Origin: an uncultured delta proteobacterium
GTDB lineage: Bacteria > Desulfobacterota > Desulfobacteria > Desulfobacterales > Desulfosalsimonadaceae
Assembly: GCA_963826785.1 (NCBI GenBank)
Contig: CAWGYD010000001.1
Coordinates: forward strand, 576,001 to 640,000
Reading direction: 5' to 3'
Length of the DNA stretch: 64,000 nt
The notes under the pieces are model-generated. The model was not told where the DNA came from, ran no database searches, and worked only from the letters and a program-made list of their open reading frames with translations. This document shows, one piece after another, positions 1-8,974 of the stretch (its first letter is position 1; each line of letters opens with the position of its first letter). The translations under genes were made by a program, and so were the position numbers.

Positions 1-1265
1 GCGCGGCCTCGGCGATGATTTTTTTTGTCTGGTGGATCTCCTCGCATCCCGAGATCATGGGCAGCAGCATCCGGACCGGATCCATGGGCCGCCGCTCTGA
101 GGATGGCCCGGATCTGGGTCGTAAATATTTCGGGCTTTCTCAGGCAGAAGCGGATCGCGCGGAGGCCCAGGGCCGGATTGGCTTCCTCCGGGGTGGGAAC
201 GGCCGAAATTTCCTTGTCGCCGTTGATATCCAGGGTCCGGATGGTCACCGGGTGGGGCGCCATCAGTTCCACCACCTCCCGGTAATGATTGAACAGCTCC
301 TGTTCGTCGGGGAAACTGGTCCGTCCCATGTACTGAAACTCGGTTCGAAACAGGCCGATGCCGTCCCCGCCGTGATCCCTGACCGCCACGATTTCTTCGG
401 GCCGCTCGATATTGCCCATCACCTGAAACAGCCGCCCGTCCGCGCTGGTGGCCGGGTAGAACCCGATCCTGAGTATATCCGCTTTGTGGGCCTCGTAGCG
501 TTTTCCAAGATCGCTGTACTTGATGAGCGTTTCGTCCTCCGGGTTGATGATGACGATGCCCGCGGTGCCGTCGACGATGATGATGTCGCCGTTGCCGATC
601 ATCCGGGTGGCGCTGTCAAGGCCCAGTACCGCCGGGATCTCCAGGGTGCGGGCGATGATGCTGGTGTGGGAGGCCACCCCGCCCCGGTCGGTGATGAACC
701 CCATGATCTTTTCCAGTTGGATCTGGCTGGTTTCGGCCGGCGACAGGCTGTGCGCCACCAGGATGACCCGCTTGTCGATATTGGAGATGTTGATGTCCTT
801 GAACCCGGTGAGATTGCACATGATGCGGTCCGATACGTGCTCGATATCGGCCGAGCGGCTCCTCAGATAGGGATCGGCGATGTTGTTGAAAATGGATTTG
901 GCCTGGAAAGTCGCCTCCTTGAGCGCCCATTCCGCATTCACCCGCTCCGTTTTGATGATATTGATGGTCTTTTCATAGAGCATCTTATCCTTGTGAAGCA
1001 GCATGTGCGTCTCGAGGATGGATGCCTGCTGGCGGAGGTCTTCGGGCAGATCGGCGATGATCTGTGCCAGTTCGCTTTTGGCCTTGCAGACCGCCTGCTT
1101 GAAGCGGTTGACCTCTTTGGTGGCCTGATCTTTGGGGATGTGATATTTTTCAATGACATCGACGCCTTCCTTGTCCACCAGGTAGGCCCTGCCGATGCAT
1201 ATGCCGGGGGATCCGCTGATTCCCTTCAAGATCATTTCACTGGTTTCGGCTGAAGCCATCAGCAT
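1..1265 (-). CDS. ptsI: PTS enzyme I (phosphoenolpyruvate-protein phosphotransferase), 3' end outside the window; apparent 1-nt frameshift near nt 80
   Basis: Manual translation (not in ORF track): MLMASAETSEMILKGISGSPGICIGRAYLVD...; phospho-His motif GGVASHTSIIARTLEIPAV; EANPALGLRAIRFCL; adjacent to HPr. Confidence 0.93.
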   Translation of the reverse strand, partial: MLMASAETSEMILKGISGSPGICIGRAYLVDKEGVDVIEKYHIPKDQATKEVNRFKQAVCKAKSELAQIIADLPEDLRQQASILETHMLLHKDKMLYEKTINIIKTERVNAEWALKEATFQAKSIFNNIADPYLRSRSADIEHVSDRIMCNLTGFKDINISNIDKRVILVAHSLSPAETSQIQLEKIMGFITDRGGVASHTSIIARTLEIPAVLGLDSATRMIGNGDIIIVDGTAGIVIINPEDETLIKYSDLGKRYEAHKADILRIGFYPATSADGRLFQVMGNIERPEEIVAVRDHGGDGIGLFRTEFQYMGRTSFPDEQELFNHYREVVELMAPHPVTIRTLDINGDKEISAVPTPEEANPALGLRAIRFCLRKPEIFTTQIRAILRAAAHGSGPDAAAHDLGMRGDPPDKKNHRRGR

Positions 1266-1266
1266 C

Positions 1267-1548
1267 TCACTCCCCGAATCCTCTTTCAAATAAATCGATG
1301 ATGTCATCTAAAATATCCATATCCGCGGGATCGTCAATCTGCAGGGTCACCTGCGTGCCCTTCAGGCAGGCAGTGGACAAAATATCGATAATGCTGGAGG
1401 CGTCCACCCGCTGATCGTCATTGATCAGCCAGATATTGGATTTCGCTTTCAGTGCCCGCTCGGCGATCATCGCTGCGGGCCGGGCGTGGAGGCCCAATTC
1501 ATTGATCACGATGGCGTTTCTGGTCAATCTTTTATCTAACCCATCCAT
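1267..1548 (-). CDS. ptsH: HPr phosphocarrier protein
   Basis: NELGLHARPAAMI (His15 motif) and VDASSIIDIL; start taken at MDGLDK. Confidence 0.93.
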   Translation of the reverse strand: MDGLDKRLTRNAIVINELGLHARPAAMIAERALKAKSNIWLINDDQRVDASSIIDILSTACLKGTQVTLQIDDPADMDILDDIIDLFERGFGE

Positions 1549-1733
1549 TTTAAAAGATATAGTTTTGTATAAAACTTTAAAAAAGTAACACGTTGGGCCC
1601 AAATTTGTCAAACTAAATCATTGACAACCCGAGGGGTGACTGCTATTTACGAAAAAATCATTTCTTTTACAACCTGCTGATTTTATATTTAGAAACTTTT
1701 TATAAATCGGGTAATTCGCCTAAGATGCCGATC

Positions 1734-1961
1734 ATGACGCAAAAAGTCCACATATTCGGTAAAATGACCTGACCTTTCACCCGGGCGGCCCGTGAGGCCT
1801 ACTCCAAGCGTGGGATTGAGTGCGAATTTGTCGACGTGCTGGCCAGCGCCGAAAACCTGGCGCAGATGCTGGCCTGTTCCGGCGGTCAGCGCAAGATTCC
1901 GGTGATTGTCGATGGCGATGAGGTGATCATCGGGTTCAACGGCCGGGGGTGACGGGTCTGA
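1734..1961 (+). CDS. Uxx-star family glutaredoxin-like selenoprotein with two in-frame UGA (Sec) codons
   Basis: MTQKVHIFGKMT-U-PFTRAAREAYSKRGIECEFVDVLASAENLAQMLACSGGQRKIPVIVDGDEVIIGFNGRG-U-RV*; TGA at 1770-1772 and 1950-1952; glutaredoxin/NrdH-like KIPVIV..IIGF motif; hairpin after each TGA. Confidence 0.85.
1773..1798 (+). promoter_or_regulatory. putative SECIS hairpin for the first UGA
   Basis: cctttcacccgggcggcccgtgaggc can fold (tcac/gtga, ggg/ccc) with GG in the loop, directly 3' of the TGA. Confidence 0.5.
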
Positions 1962-1963
1962 TA

Positions 1964-1982
1964 GACCGGCGGTCCGCCGGTC
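1964..1982 (+). promoter_or_regulatory. putative SECIS hairpin for the second UGA
   Basis: gaccggc-GGTCC-gccggtc, 7-bp perfect stem beginning 11 nt after TGA 1950-1952. Confidence 0.65.
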
Positions 1983-2046
1983 GCGCATTTGACTGCCGAT
2001 CCCTGCATTTGATGACATATTTTCTCTGATACAGGAAAAAGCAATT

Positions 2047-2703
2047 ATGGAAAGACAATACATCATCGACGAAATGGGGCTGAGCGAGTCCTGGCGGCTG
2101 TTTAAAATCATGGGCGAATTTGTCGACGGGGTCGAGGCCCTGCACGAACTCGGCCCGGCAGTGAGCATCTTCGGTTCCGCCCGGGTGCCCAAAGAACATC
2201 CGTATTATAAAAAGACGGAGGAAATCGCCGGGATGCTGGCGGAAAACGGGCTGGCCGTGATTACCGGCGGGGGCGGCGGCATCATGGAGGCGGCGAACAA
2301 GGGGGCCGCGGAAAAAGGGGGCAAATCGGTGGGGCTGAACATCGTTTTGCCCATGGAGCAGAAACCCAACCCCTATGCCAATATCGGGCTGCAGTTCAAT
2401 TATTTCTTCGTGCGCAAGGTCATGTTCGTCAAGTATGCGGTTGCCTACATCATCATGCCGGGCGGAATCGGGACATTGGATGAACTCTTCGAGGCCGTCA
2501 CCCTGATTCAGACCCACCGGATCAAACCCCTTCCCGTGATCCTCTATGATACGGAATACTGGTCCGGGCTGATCAAGTGGATCAAGGCCCGGCTGCTTGA
2601 AAATAAGATGATCTCCGCAGATGACCTGGACATCATCACCATGACCGATGATCCGCAGAAAATTTTAAAAATCGTCAAGAGCGCCGCCCGTCTGACGGCC
2701 TGA
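2047..2703 (+). CDS. LOG family nucleotide phosphoribohydrolase (TIGR00730-like Rossmann fold)
   Basis: VSIFGSAR, TGGGGGIMEAANKGA, FFVRKVMFVKY, PGGIGTLDELFE. Confidence 0.9.
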   Translation: MERQYIIDEMGLSESWRLFKIMGEFVDGVEALHELGPAVSIFGSARVPKEHPYYKKTEEIAGMLAENGLAVITGGGGGIMEAANKGAAEKGGKSVGLNIVLPMEQKPNPYANIGLQFNYFFVRKVMFVKYAVAYIIMPGGIGTLDELFEAVTLIQTHRIKPLPVILYDTEYWSGLIKWIKARLLENKMISADDLDIITMTDDPQKILKIVKSAARLTA

Positions 2704-2717
2704 CCGGTGCTGATGAT

Positions 2718-3890
2718 ATGAACACGAGCCACCGCATTTTCTTTGGCAATGCCGAAAACATGTCGCCCCTTCCTCCAGAAAGCGTGGACCTGGTGGTGAC
2801 GTCTCCGCCTTATCCCATGATCGAAATGTGGGATAGCGCATTTGCCGCCCTTGATCCGGAGATCGGAAAAGCCCTGTCCGGCTCAGACGGCAATCTCGCT
2901 TTCGAACTGATGCACCGGAAACTCGACCGGGTATGGGATGAAGTGCATCGGGTGCTGCGGCCAGGCGGGTTTGCCTGCATCAACATCGGGGATGCGGTGC
3001 GCACCATCAACGGCAACTTCGTCCTGTATCCGAATCACAGCCGGATTCTGTCGTACTTTTATCCGGAAAAAATGACGCCCCTGCCGCCGGTCATCTGGCG
3101 AAAGCAGACCAATGCCCCCAACAAGTTCATGGGGTCGGGCATGCTCCCGGCCGGCGCTTATGTAACGCTGGAGCATGAATTTATCCTGGTCCTGAGAAAA
3201 GGCGGGAAGCGGACATTTGACTCGGACGAGCAAAAACAGGCCCGCCGGGAGAGCGCCCTGTTCTGGGAGGAGCGCAATACCTGGTTTTCGGATGTGTGGA
3301 TGGATCTCAAGGGGACGCGCCAGGCCCTTTCGGATAAAAGCGCCCGGCAACGCAGCGCAGCCTTCCCCTTCGAACTTCCTTTCCGTCTCATCAACATGTA
3401 TTCGGTCAAGGGCGATACGGTGCTCGATCCCTTCCTGGGAACGGGAACTACGTTGTTTGCGGCCATGGCATCGGGCCGAAACAGCGTGGGCATGGAGATC
3501 GATCCTTCCCTGTTTGAATGCATCTCGGACAAGATGGAGGCGGTGGTCGATTTTTCAAATGATTACATCCGGCAGCGAATGGAAGCCCACCTTGCTTTTG
3601 TCAAAGATCGTCTGGCCCAGGACAAAACCATCAAGCATGTGAATCGCCGATGCGGTTTTCCGGTGGTCACCAACCAGGAAAAGGAACTGGCCTTCGATTA
3701 CCTTACCGGTGTCCGCAAGAGTGCCGATTTTTCATTTGAAGTGAGTTATACCCCCTGTGACGAAAGAAATCCGGCCCTTGTCCCCGCAAGCGCCGGGCCG
3801 CACAAAGAAAAAGCGGACACACCGACCCAGCAGCTTCTATTTGAGGATGCCCCCGAATCCCCCAAAAGAAAAAAACGGGTAAAATCATAA
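2718..3890 (+). CDS. site-specific DNA methyltransferase (N4-C/N6-A, beta-type motif order), orphan
   Basis: VVTSPPY catalytic motif precedes VLDPFLGTGTT SAM-binding motif. Confidence 0.88.
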   Translation: MNTSHRIFFGNAENMSPLPPESVDLVVTSPPYPMIEMWDSAFAALDPEIGKALSGSDGNLAFELMHRKLDRVWDEVHRVLRPGGFACINIGDAVRTINGNFVLYPNHSRILSYFYPEKMTPLPPVIWRKQTNAPNKFMGSGMLPAGAYVTLEHEFILVLRKGGKRTFDSDEQKQARRESALFWEERNTWFSDVWMDLKGTRQALSDKSARQRSAAFPFELPFRLINMYSVKGDTVLDPFLGTGTTLFAAMASGRNSVGMEIDPSLFECISDKMEAVVDFSNDYIRQRMEAHLAFVKDRLAQDKTIKHVNRRCGFPVVTNQEKELAFDYLTGVRKSADFSFEVSYTPCDERNPALVPASAGPHKEKADTPTQQLLFEDAPESPKRKKRVKS

Positions 3891-3912
3891 TCATGAATCG
3901 GACGAGGCTGTT

Positions 3913-5217
3913 GTGAATATCGTTTTTTTCATGATCGTCGCCATTGCCTTTGGTTTTGCCGGGTGGCGCCAGTTGATGTGGGTGCCGGGAAGCACGGATA
4001 TCGCCCCCATCCAGGCGCTTTCCACGGCCATGATCGATTCTGCGACCGGGGCGGTGGAACTGGCCATCGGCTTGATCGGGGTGATGACGCTGTTTCTGGG
4101 GCTGATGAAAATCGCCGAGGAAGGGGGGCTGCTCAAGGTCATTTCCCGGCTGATCCGGCCGCTGATGGTGCGCCTGTTTCCGGAAGTGCCGGCGGATCAT
4201 CCGGCCATGGGGGCCATGATCTTAAACCTTTCCGCAAATGCCCTGGGGCTGGGCAATGCCGCCACACCCTTCGGCATCCGGGCCATGCAGGAACTCGATC
4301 GCTTAAACGCGCAGAAAGGGACCGCCACCAATGCCATGGCCTTGTTTCTGGCCATCAACACCTCAAGCGTCACCCTGCTGCCCACCGGTGTGATCGCCCT
4401 GCGTGCGGCGGCCGGGTCGGGAGACCCGGCGGGAATCCTGCCCACCACCCTTTTTGCCACCATCGGGTCCACCCTTATCGGCATCTTCGCCGCCAAGCTG
4501 TACCAGCGTTTTTCCACCCCGAATCCGCCGCTTAAAAAGGGCGAAATGGCTGAAATGGATGATGCCGGGGAAGAAAAGGCCCATAACCCTTCGGAAATGG
4601 CCGAAGACGCGGATACGGCATACCCCATGTGGGTCAGTGTGGCGGCTATCTGCGCCCTGGTGGCCCTGATTCCCGCCACCATCATCTATGGTGATGCCGT
4701 CTCGCCGTGGATCATCCCTTCGTTGATGATGGGATTTCTCCTTTACGGCGTCATCCGCCGGGTCCGAATTTACGAGGTATTTGTGGACGGCGCCAGGGAA
4801 GGCTTCCAGGTGGCGGTAAAGATCATCCCTTTTCTGGTGGCCATTCTGGTGGCCGTGGGCATGTTCCGGGCCAGCGGCGCCCTGGACGTGATGGTCGGCG
4901 CGCTGGGGCATTTCACGGGCCGGATCGGGCTCCCGGCTGAAGCGCTTCCCATGGCCCTGCTGCGGCCCCTGTCCGGGTCCGGGGCCTACGGCATCCTGGC
5001 CTCCATCATCAACGACCCCGCCGTCGGGCCGGACAGCTACACCGGGTACCTGGTCAGCACCCTGCAGGGGTCGACTGAAACCACCTTCTATGTGCTGGCG
5101 GTCTATTTCGGGGCGGTGCAGGTCCGCCGGGTCCGCCACACCCTGGCCGCCGCCCTCACCGCCGATGTCGCCGGAGTGATTCTGGCCATCATTGCCTGCA
5201 CCTTCTTTCTGATGTAG
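3913..5217 (+). CDS. fused SpmA/SpmB nucleoside-recognition (gate) domain membrane protein
   Basis: ANALGLGNAATPFGIRAMQEL (SpmA), LLRPLSGSGA and GSTETTFYVLAVYFGAV (SpmB). Confidence 0.88.
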   Translation: MNIVFFMIVAIAFGFAGWRQLMWVPGSTDIAPIQALSTAMIDSATGAVELAIGLIGVMTLFLGLMKIAEEGGLLKVISRLIRPLMVRLFPEVPADHPAMGAMILNLSANALGLGNAATPFGIRAMQELDRLNAQKGTATNAMALFLAINTSSVTLLPTGVIALRAAAGSGDPAGILPTTLFATIGSTLIGIFAAKLYQRFSTPNPPLKKGEMAEMDDAGEEKAHNPSEMAEDADTAYPMWVSVAAICALVALIPATIIYGDAVSPWIIPSLMMGFLLYGVIRRVRIYEVFVDGAREGFQVAVKIIPFLVAILVAVGMFRASGALDVMVGALGHFTGRIGLPAEALPMALLRPLSGSGAYGILASIINDPAVGPDSYTGYLVSTLQGSTETTFYVLAVYFGAVQVRRVRHTLAAALTADVAGVILAIIACTFFLM

Positions 5218-5358
5218 CCGTTCAGAAACGGCATCTTTTGCCCCAGGACCGCGTTCTCGCAATTTTGAAATCCTCGACGTAGCGCCGCTACGCCTCCGGT
5301 TTCAAAATTGCTGCGGCCTTGTCCTGAGCCAAAATCTACCCTTTCTGAACGGCTACAT
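5212..5358. repeat. palindromic MITE-like element with 17-bp terminal inverted repeats
   Basis: atgtagccgttcagaaa ... tttctgaacggctacat; nested IR gcaattttgaaa/tttcaaaattgc; central cgtagcg/cgctacg hairpin. Confidence 0.8.
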
Positions 5359-5403
5359 TCCAGAATCTATTTTCACGAGGGTTGCGTTTTCGCCAATTTT
5401 AAA

Positions 5404-5493
5404 TTCCCCCCCTCAAAGGGGAACTGAAATTGATTCCGACCCCTGGATGCGCCTCCCTTTTTTATTCCCCCCTTGAGGGGGGCGCAGGGGGGT
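5404..5493. repeat. REP-like inverted pair of C/G-tract palindromes
   Basis: ttccccccctcaaaggggaa and ttcccccttgaggggggcgcagggggg are near reverse complements. Confidence 0.55.
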
Positions 5494-5634
5494 GTTGGGC
5501 CGCACCTCAGAAATTTTTCACCCCATCATCTTAAATCTTCAAACACCGTCACGGGGCTAAGATCAGTACTTCGATTCGAACCCATGGTTTGAATTTCGGG
5601 CTGTGCAGGAAAGTCACCTCTAAGCGACGTCGGA

Positions 5635-6117
5635 CTACTCCCAGTGGTCGTCTTTCTTTTCGAGTTCGATGGTGCCGGAATCTTTTTTCCCAGGGGTAGG
5701 GGTGCTGATGTCGGAGAAAAAACGGGTCAGCAGCCAGTTGGTGATGCTGATGATGATGGAACCGAAAATTGCGGACCAGAACCCGACGACGGAAAAGCCG
5801 GGGATCAGGCCGGATGCCATTTTCAGCACCAGGGCGTTGATGACAAAGGCAAACAGGCCGAAGGTGAGCAGCGTAAGGGGGAGGGTGAGGATGAACAGAA
5901 CCGGTTTGACCAGCAGGTTGAGGACGCCGATGGCGCCGGCGCCGAAAAAGGCGCTTGCAAAACCGCTGATCCGGATGCCGTCGATGAGTGCATCGGCCAC
6001 GAACACGGCGGCGGTGAGGATCAGCCATTTGATGATCAGCATGTTTCCCAGGGAGCGGGGCGGGCCGCCCGGGCCGCCTGCGCCGTACTGTGAATATTTA
6101 CGAAATTGAATCTGCAT
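5635..6117 (-). CDS. phage-holin-like 4-TM membrane protein (YvlD family)
   Basis: GVLNLLVKPVLFILTLPLTLLTFGLFAFVINALVL; start uncertain. Confidence 0.85.
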   Translation of the reverse strand: MQIQFRKYSQYGAGGPGGPPRSLGNMLIIKWLILTAAVFVADALIDGIRISGFASAFFGAGAIGVLNLLVKPVLFILTLPLTLLTFGLFAFVINALVLKMASGLIPGFSVVGFWSAIFGSIIISITNWLLTRFFSDISTPTPGKKDSGTIELEKKDDHWE

Positions 6118-6445
6118 GAAAGGATTCTCCATCAATGGTGATCATCAGCCGGTGGTGCGCTTCGCCCGAAGACAGGATCACATGCGCGTTCGAATGGCCC
6201 GACAGCGCCGGATAACGGGAGCGAAGACGCGCAAAGTCGAGCGTTTCCAGGGCATGATGGTAAAAATCGATCTGTTCTTCAAGCCTTTTTTTCGCGCTCG
6301 GCCCGCTTTCCTTGAAGTATGCGCTGAGTGCGCGATTGTAAAGGCGCCTGATCTCGGTTTCAATACAGTGATGATCTAAACATAATACCTTGTTCACCGG
6401 TATCAAAGTCCCTCTGTTTTTTACGAAACCCGGCGGCTTAGACAA
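6098..6445 (-). CDS. hypothetical protein
   Basis: 115-aa ORF with protein-like composition, co-oriented with and overlapping the downstream gene; start uncertain. Confidence 0.6.
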   Translation of the reverse strand: MSKPPGFVKNRGTLIPVNKVLCLDHHCIETEIRRLYNRALSAYFKESGPSAKKRLEEQIDFYHHALETLDFARLRSRYPALSGHSNAHVILSSGEAHHRLMITIDGESFHADSIS

Positions 6446-6623
6446 ACAGGTCCGCCGGGATTATTTTTATTGACAAATTTGCGGGTTCAAATTAAAAAAA
6501 ATCCCTTGCTGCTGCTATCGGCAATTCCGCCGGAATTATCAAGCAAACCATTAATTTACAATTCACCTGCCGTCAATCTCCCAACGGCTGCGCCAAAAAT
6601 CTCATTTCACCGGAGAATACAGC

Positions 6624-7169
6624 ATGTATGTACCACGATATATCTTTTTTACCAAGGGGGTCGGGATTGACAAGGCCCAGCTGGCGTCTTTTGAAAATGC
6701 CCTGCGGGTGGCGGGGATCGCCCACCTGAACCTGGTCCAGGTCTCCTCGATTTTTCCGCCGGGATGCAAAATCATCGAAAAGGACCAGGGCCTGTCCAAG
6801 CTGGAGCCGGGCGAAATTACCCACTGCGTCATGGCCAAGGAGCAGAGCCGGGAACCCGGCCGCCGCATCGTGGCCAGCATCGGCCTGGCCATTCCCGAGG
6901 GGCATGAGCGCTACGGATATCTTTCCGAACATCACGGATTCGGGCAGACGGAAATGGAAGCCGGCGAATACGCCGAAGATCTGGCGGCATCCATGCTGGC
7001 CACCACCCTGGGTATCGAATTTGACCCGGACAAGGATTATGACGAGCGGCGCGATATCTATAAAATGTCCGGAAAAATCATTCAGTCCAAACACACCAGC
7101 CAGGCCGCGCTGGGCGCCGAGGGCAATCTCTGGACCACAGTGATCTCGGCGGCCATATTCGTAAAATAA
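6624..7169 (+). CDS. pdaD: pyruvoyl-dependent arginine decarboxylase
   Basis: [25 protein letters not shown] (Ser-Ser autocleavage site), YGYLSEHH; coupled to agmatinase. Confidence 0.92.
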   Translation: MYVPRYIFFTKGVGIDKAQLASFENALRVAGIAHLNLVQVSSIFPPGCKIIEKDQGLSKLEPGEITHCVMAKEQSREPGRRIVASIGLAIPEGHERYGYLSEHHGFGQTEMEAGEYAEDLAASMLATTLGIEFDPDKDYDERRDIYKMSGKIIQSKHTSQAALGAEGNLWTTVISAAIFVK

Positions 7170-8038
7170 TGACCGGCCCCGATTCAATTTCTTTCGGTGG
7201 AGCGGATCTCCCGGCAGTTTCCCTGGAAGAAGCCGCGGCGCTGATATTGCCGGTCTATTATGAACTGGCCCCCTCCTATGGCACGGGCAGCATGGAGGGG
7301 CCGTTTCATATCCTGACGGCGTCTGCGGAACTCGAAGCCGTGGATGAGGAAACCTTCACCGAATGGGGGGCCATGGGCGTTCACACCCTGCCGGCTCTCC
7401 ATCCGTCCGGGAATCCGGAAGCTTGTGTCGATCAGATCCGTTTATCGGCTGAAGCTTTTTTAAAAACCGGGAAATTCCTGTTGTCCCTGGGCGGGGATCA
7501 TGCCATCACCATCGGCCTGGCTGGTGCCGCAAACCGGGTTTTCGGAAACATCGGCGTCCTGCAGATCGACGCCCATGCGGATCTGCGGGACAGCTATCAC
7601 GGCAGCCGGTACAATCATGCCTGCGTGATGCGCCGGGTGGCCGATGATCTTCATCTCCCGTTTGTCCAGGCGGGAATCCGGTCGTTTTCACCGGAAGAGG
7701 CGGCCTATATCCGATCAAATCGCCTGTCCCCGTTCTATGCCCACCAGATCGACCCGCTGGATCATTCCTGGATGGATGCGGCCATCGACCGGCTGCCGGA
7801 ATCCGTTTACCTGACGCTGGACCTGGACGGTCTCGATCCATCGGTTGTGCCGGGAACCGGGACTCCGGAACCGGGCGGACTGACGTATCGCCAGGTGGTG
7901 GAGCTGATCCGGCGACTGGGAAGCCGCCGCCGGGTGGTCGCCGCAGACATCAATGAACTGGCCAAAATACCCGGAACCCAGGTCTCCGAATACACTGCCG
8001 CCAGACTCGCCGCCAAGATTCTCATCCACTGCATCTGA
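7169..8038 (+). CDS. speB: agmatinase
   Basis: Ureohydrolase motifs GGDHAI, DAHADLRD, DLDGLDPS, GTGTPEPGG. Confidence 0.92.
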   Translation: MTGPDSISFGGADLPAVSLEEAAALILPVYYELAPSYGTGSMEGPFHILTASAELEAVDEETFTEWGAMGVHTLPALHPSGNPEACVDQIRLSAEAFLKTGKFLLSLGGDHAITIGLAGAANRVFGNIGVLQIDAHADLRDSYHGSRYNHACVMRRVADDLHLPFVQAGIRSFSPEEAAYIRSNRLSPFYAHQIDPLDHSWMDAAIDRLPESVYLTLDLDGLDPSVVPGTGTPEPGGLTYRQVVELIRRLGSRRRVVAADINELAKIPGTQVSEYTAARLAAKILIHCI

Positions 8039-8165
8039 TCCGTTAAAATTCAAACTTGAATTTTCCCGATATCCCGGATACAAAATTTAAGGGTTGCAAA
8101 TCCCGTCCGCTTTTCCCAGCGGATGATAAAAATCCCTTCCAATGTAAAGGACACCCGCCGATCCG

Positions 8166-8864
8166 ATGAAACAACTGACCTGGAAAAAGAAGCTGAAGCT
8201 CGAAATATTGTCCATGCTGGTGACCGGCATGGCCCGCCTCTGGTTTGGCACGGTGCGCGTCAAGATCGTAAACCCGGAGGTATACGACCGGTATTTCAAG
8301 GACCCGCAGACGGGAAATGTGGTGGCCGGCAGCTGGCACCGCCACGCGATTTTCATGTTCTATTTTTTTCGGAAACTGGGTCCCCGGGGGATCATGATCA
8401 GCCGGAGCATGGACGGTGAATTGACCGCCCGGATCGCCCGACGGCTGGGATATACCCCCATCCGCGGGTCATCCTCCAAGGGCGGATCTGCCGCGCTGCA
8501 GGAGATGACTGCGTACCTGGGCGAGAAAAATGAAAAAAGGCTGTGCGGGACCCCCGTAGACGGCCCGCGGGGGCCGGCGCGGAAAATGAAAAAAGGGATG
8601 CTGGTGCTGGCCAAAAATTCCGGGTCATGGTTTATCCCCATGGCCTGCTCGGGGACGCGGATGCTCACCTTTGCCAGGGCCTGGGACAAGACCATCATCC
8701 CCAAGCCTTTCAGTAAAATGGTACTGGCTTTCGGCGACCCGGTGCGCATCCCCAAGGACATAGAAGATGACGCCTTCGAAAACCTGCGGGAAGAAATGGA
8801 AATCGAACTCGACGCCCTGACCGACGAGGTGGACCGGATGTGCGGTTATTCGGCAGCAGCATAA
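8166..8864 (+). CDS. DUF374 / lysophospholipid acyltransferase family protein
   Basis: WH..., MISRSMDGE, IRGSSSKGG, PVDGPRGP, WDKTIIPKPFSK. Confidence 0.85.
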   Translation: MKQLTWKKKLKLEILSMLVTGMARLWFGTVRVKIVNPEVYDRYFKDPQTGNVVAGSWHRHAIFMFYFFRKLGPRGIMISRSMDGELTARIARRLGYTPIRGSSSKGGSAALQEMTAYLGEKNEKRLCGTPVDGPRGPARKMKKGMLVLAKNSGSWFIPMACSGTRMLTFARAWDKTIIPKPFSKMVLAFGDPVRIPKDIEDDAFENLREEMEIELDALTDEVDRMCGYSAAA

Positions 8865-8974
8865 AGGGAGATAGAGGGAAGCATGAGCAAACGGCAGCGC
8901 CGCCGATCAATCTCCTGACTTCTGAAGTCTGCACAAAAAAAGCCCGGTGAAACATGGAAATCCATATACTCAGG

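Noticed and set aside
15..1253. 412-aa plus-strand ORF
   Set aside because: Antisense shadow of ptsI with no motifs of its own
1689..2192. 167-aa minus-strand ORF over the selenoprotein locus
   Set aside because: Overlaps LOG antisense; the plus-strand Sec frame explains the region better
5560..5620. tRNA-like ttcgattc/ttcgaacc sequence
   Set aside because: No cloverleaf can be formed
5635..6135. Holin-like gene as evidence of a prophage
   Set aside because: YvlD-type proteins are common chromosomal genes and no phage genes are nearby
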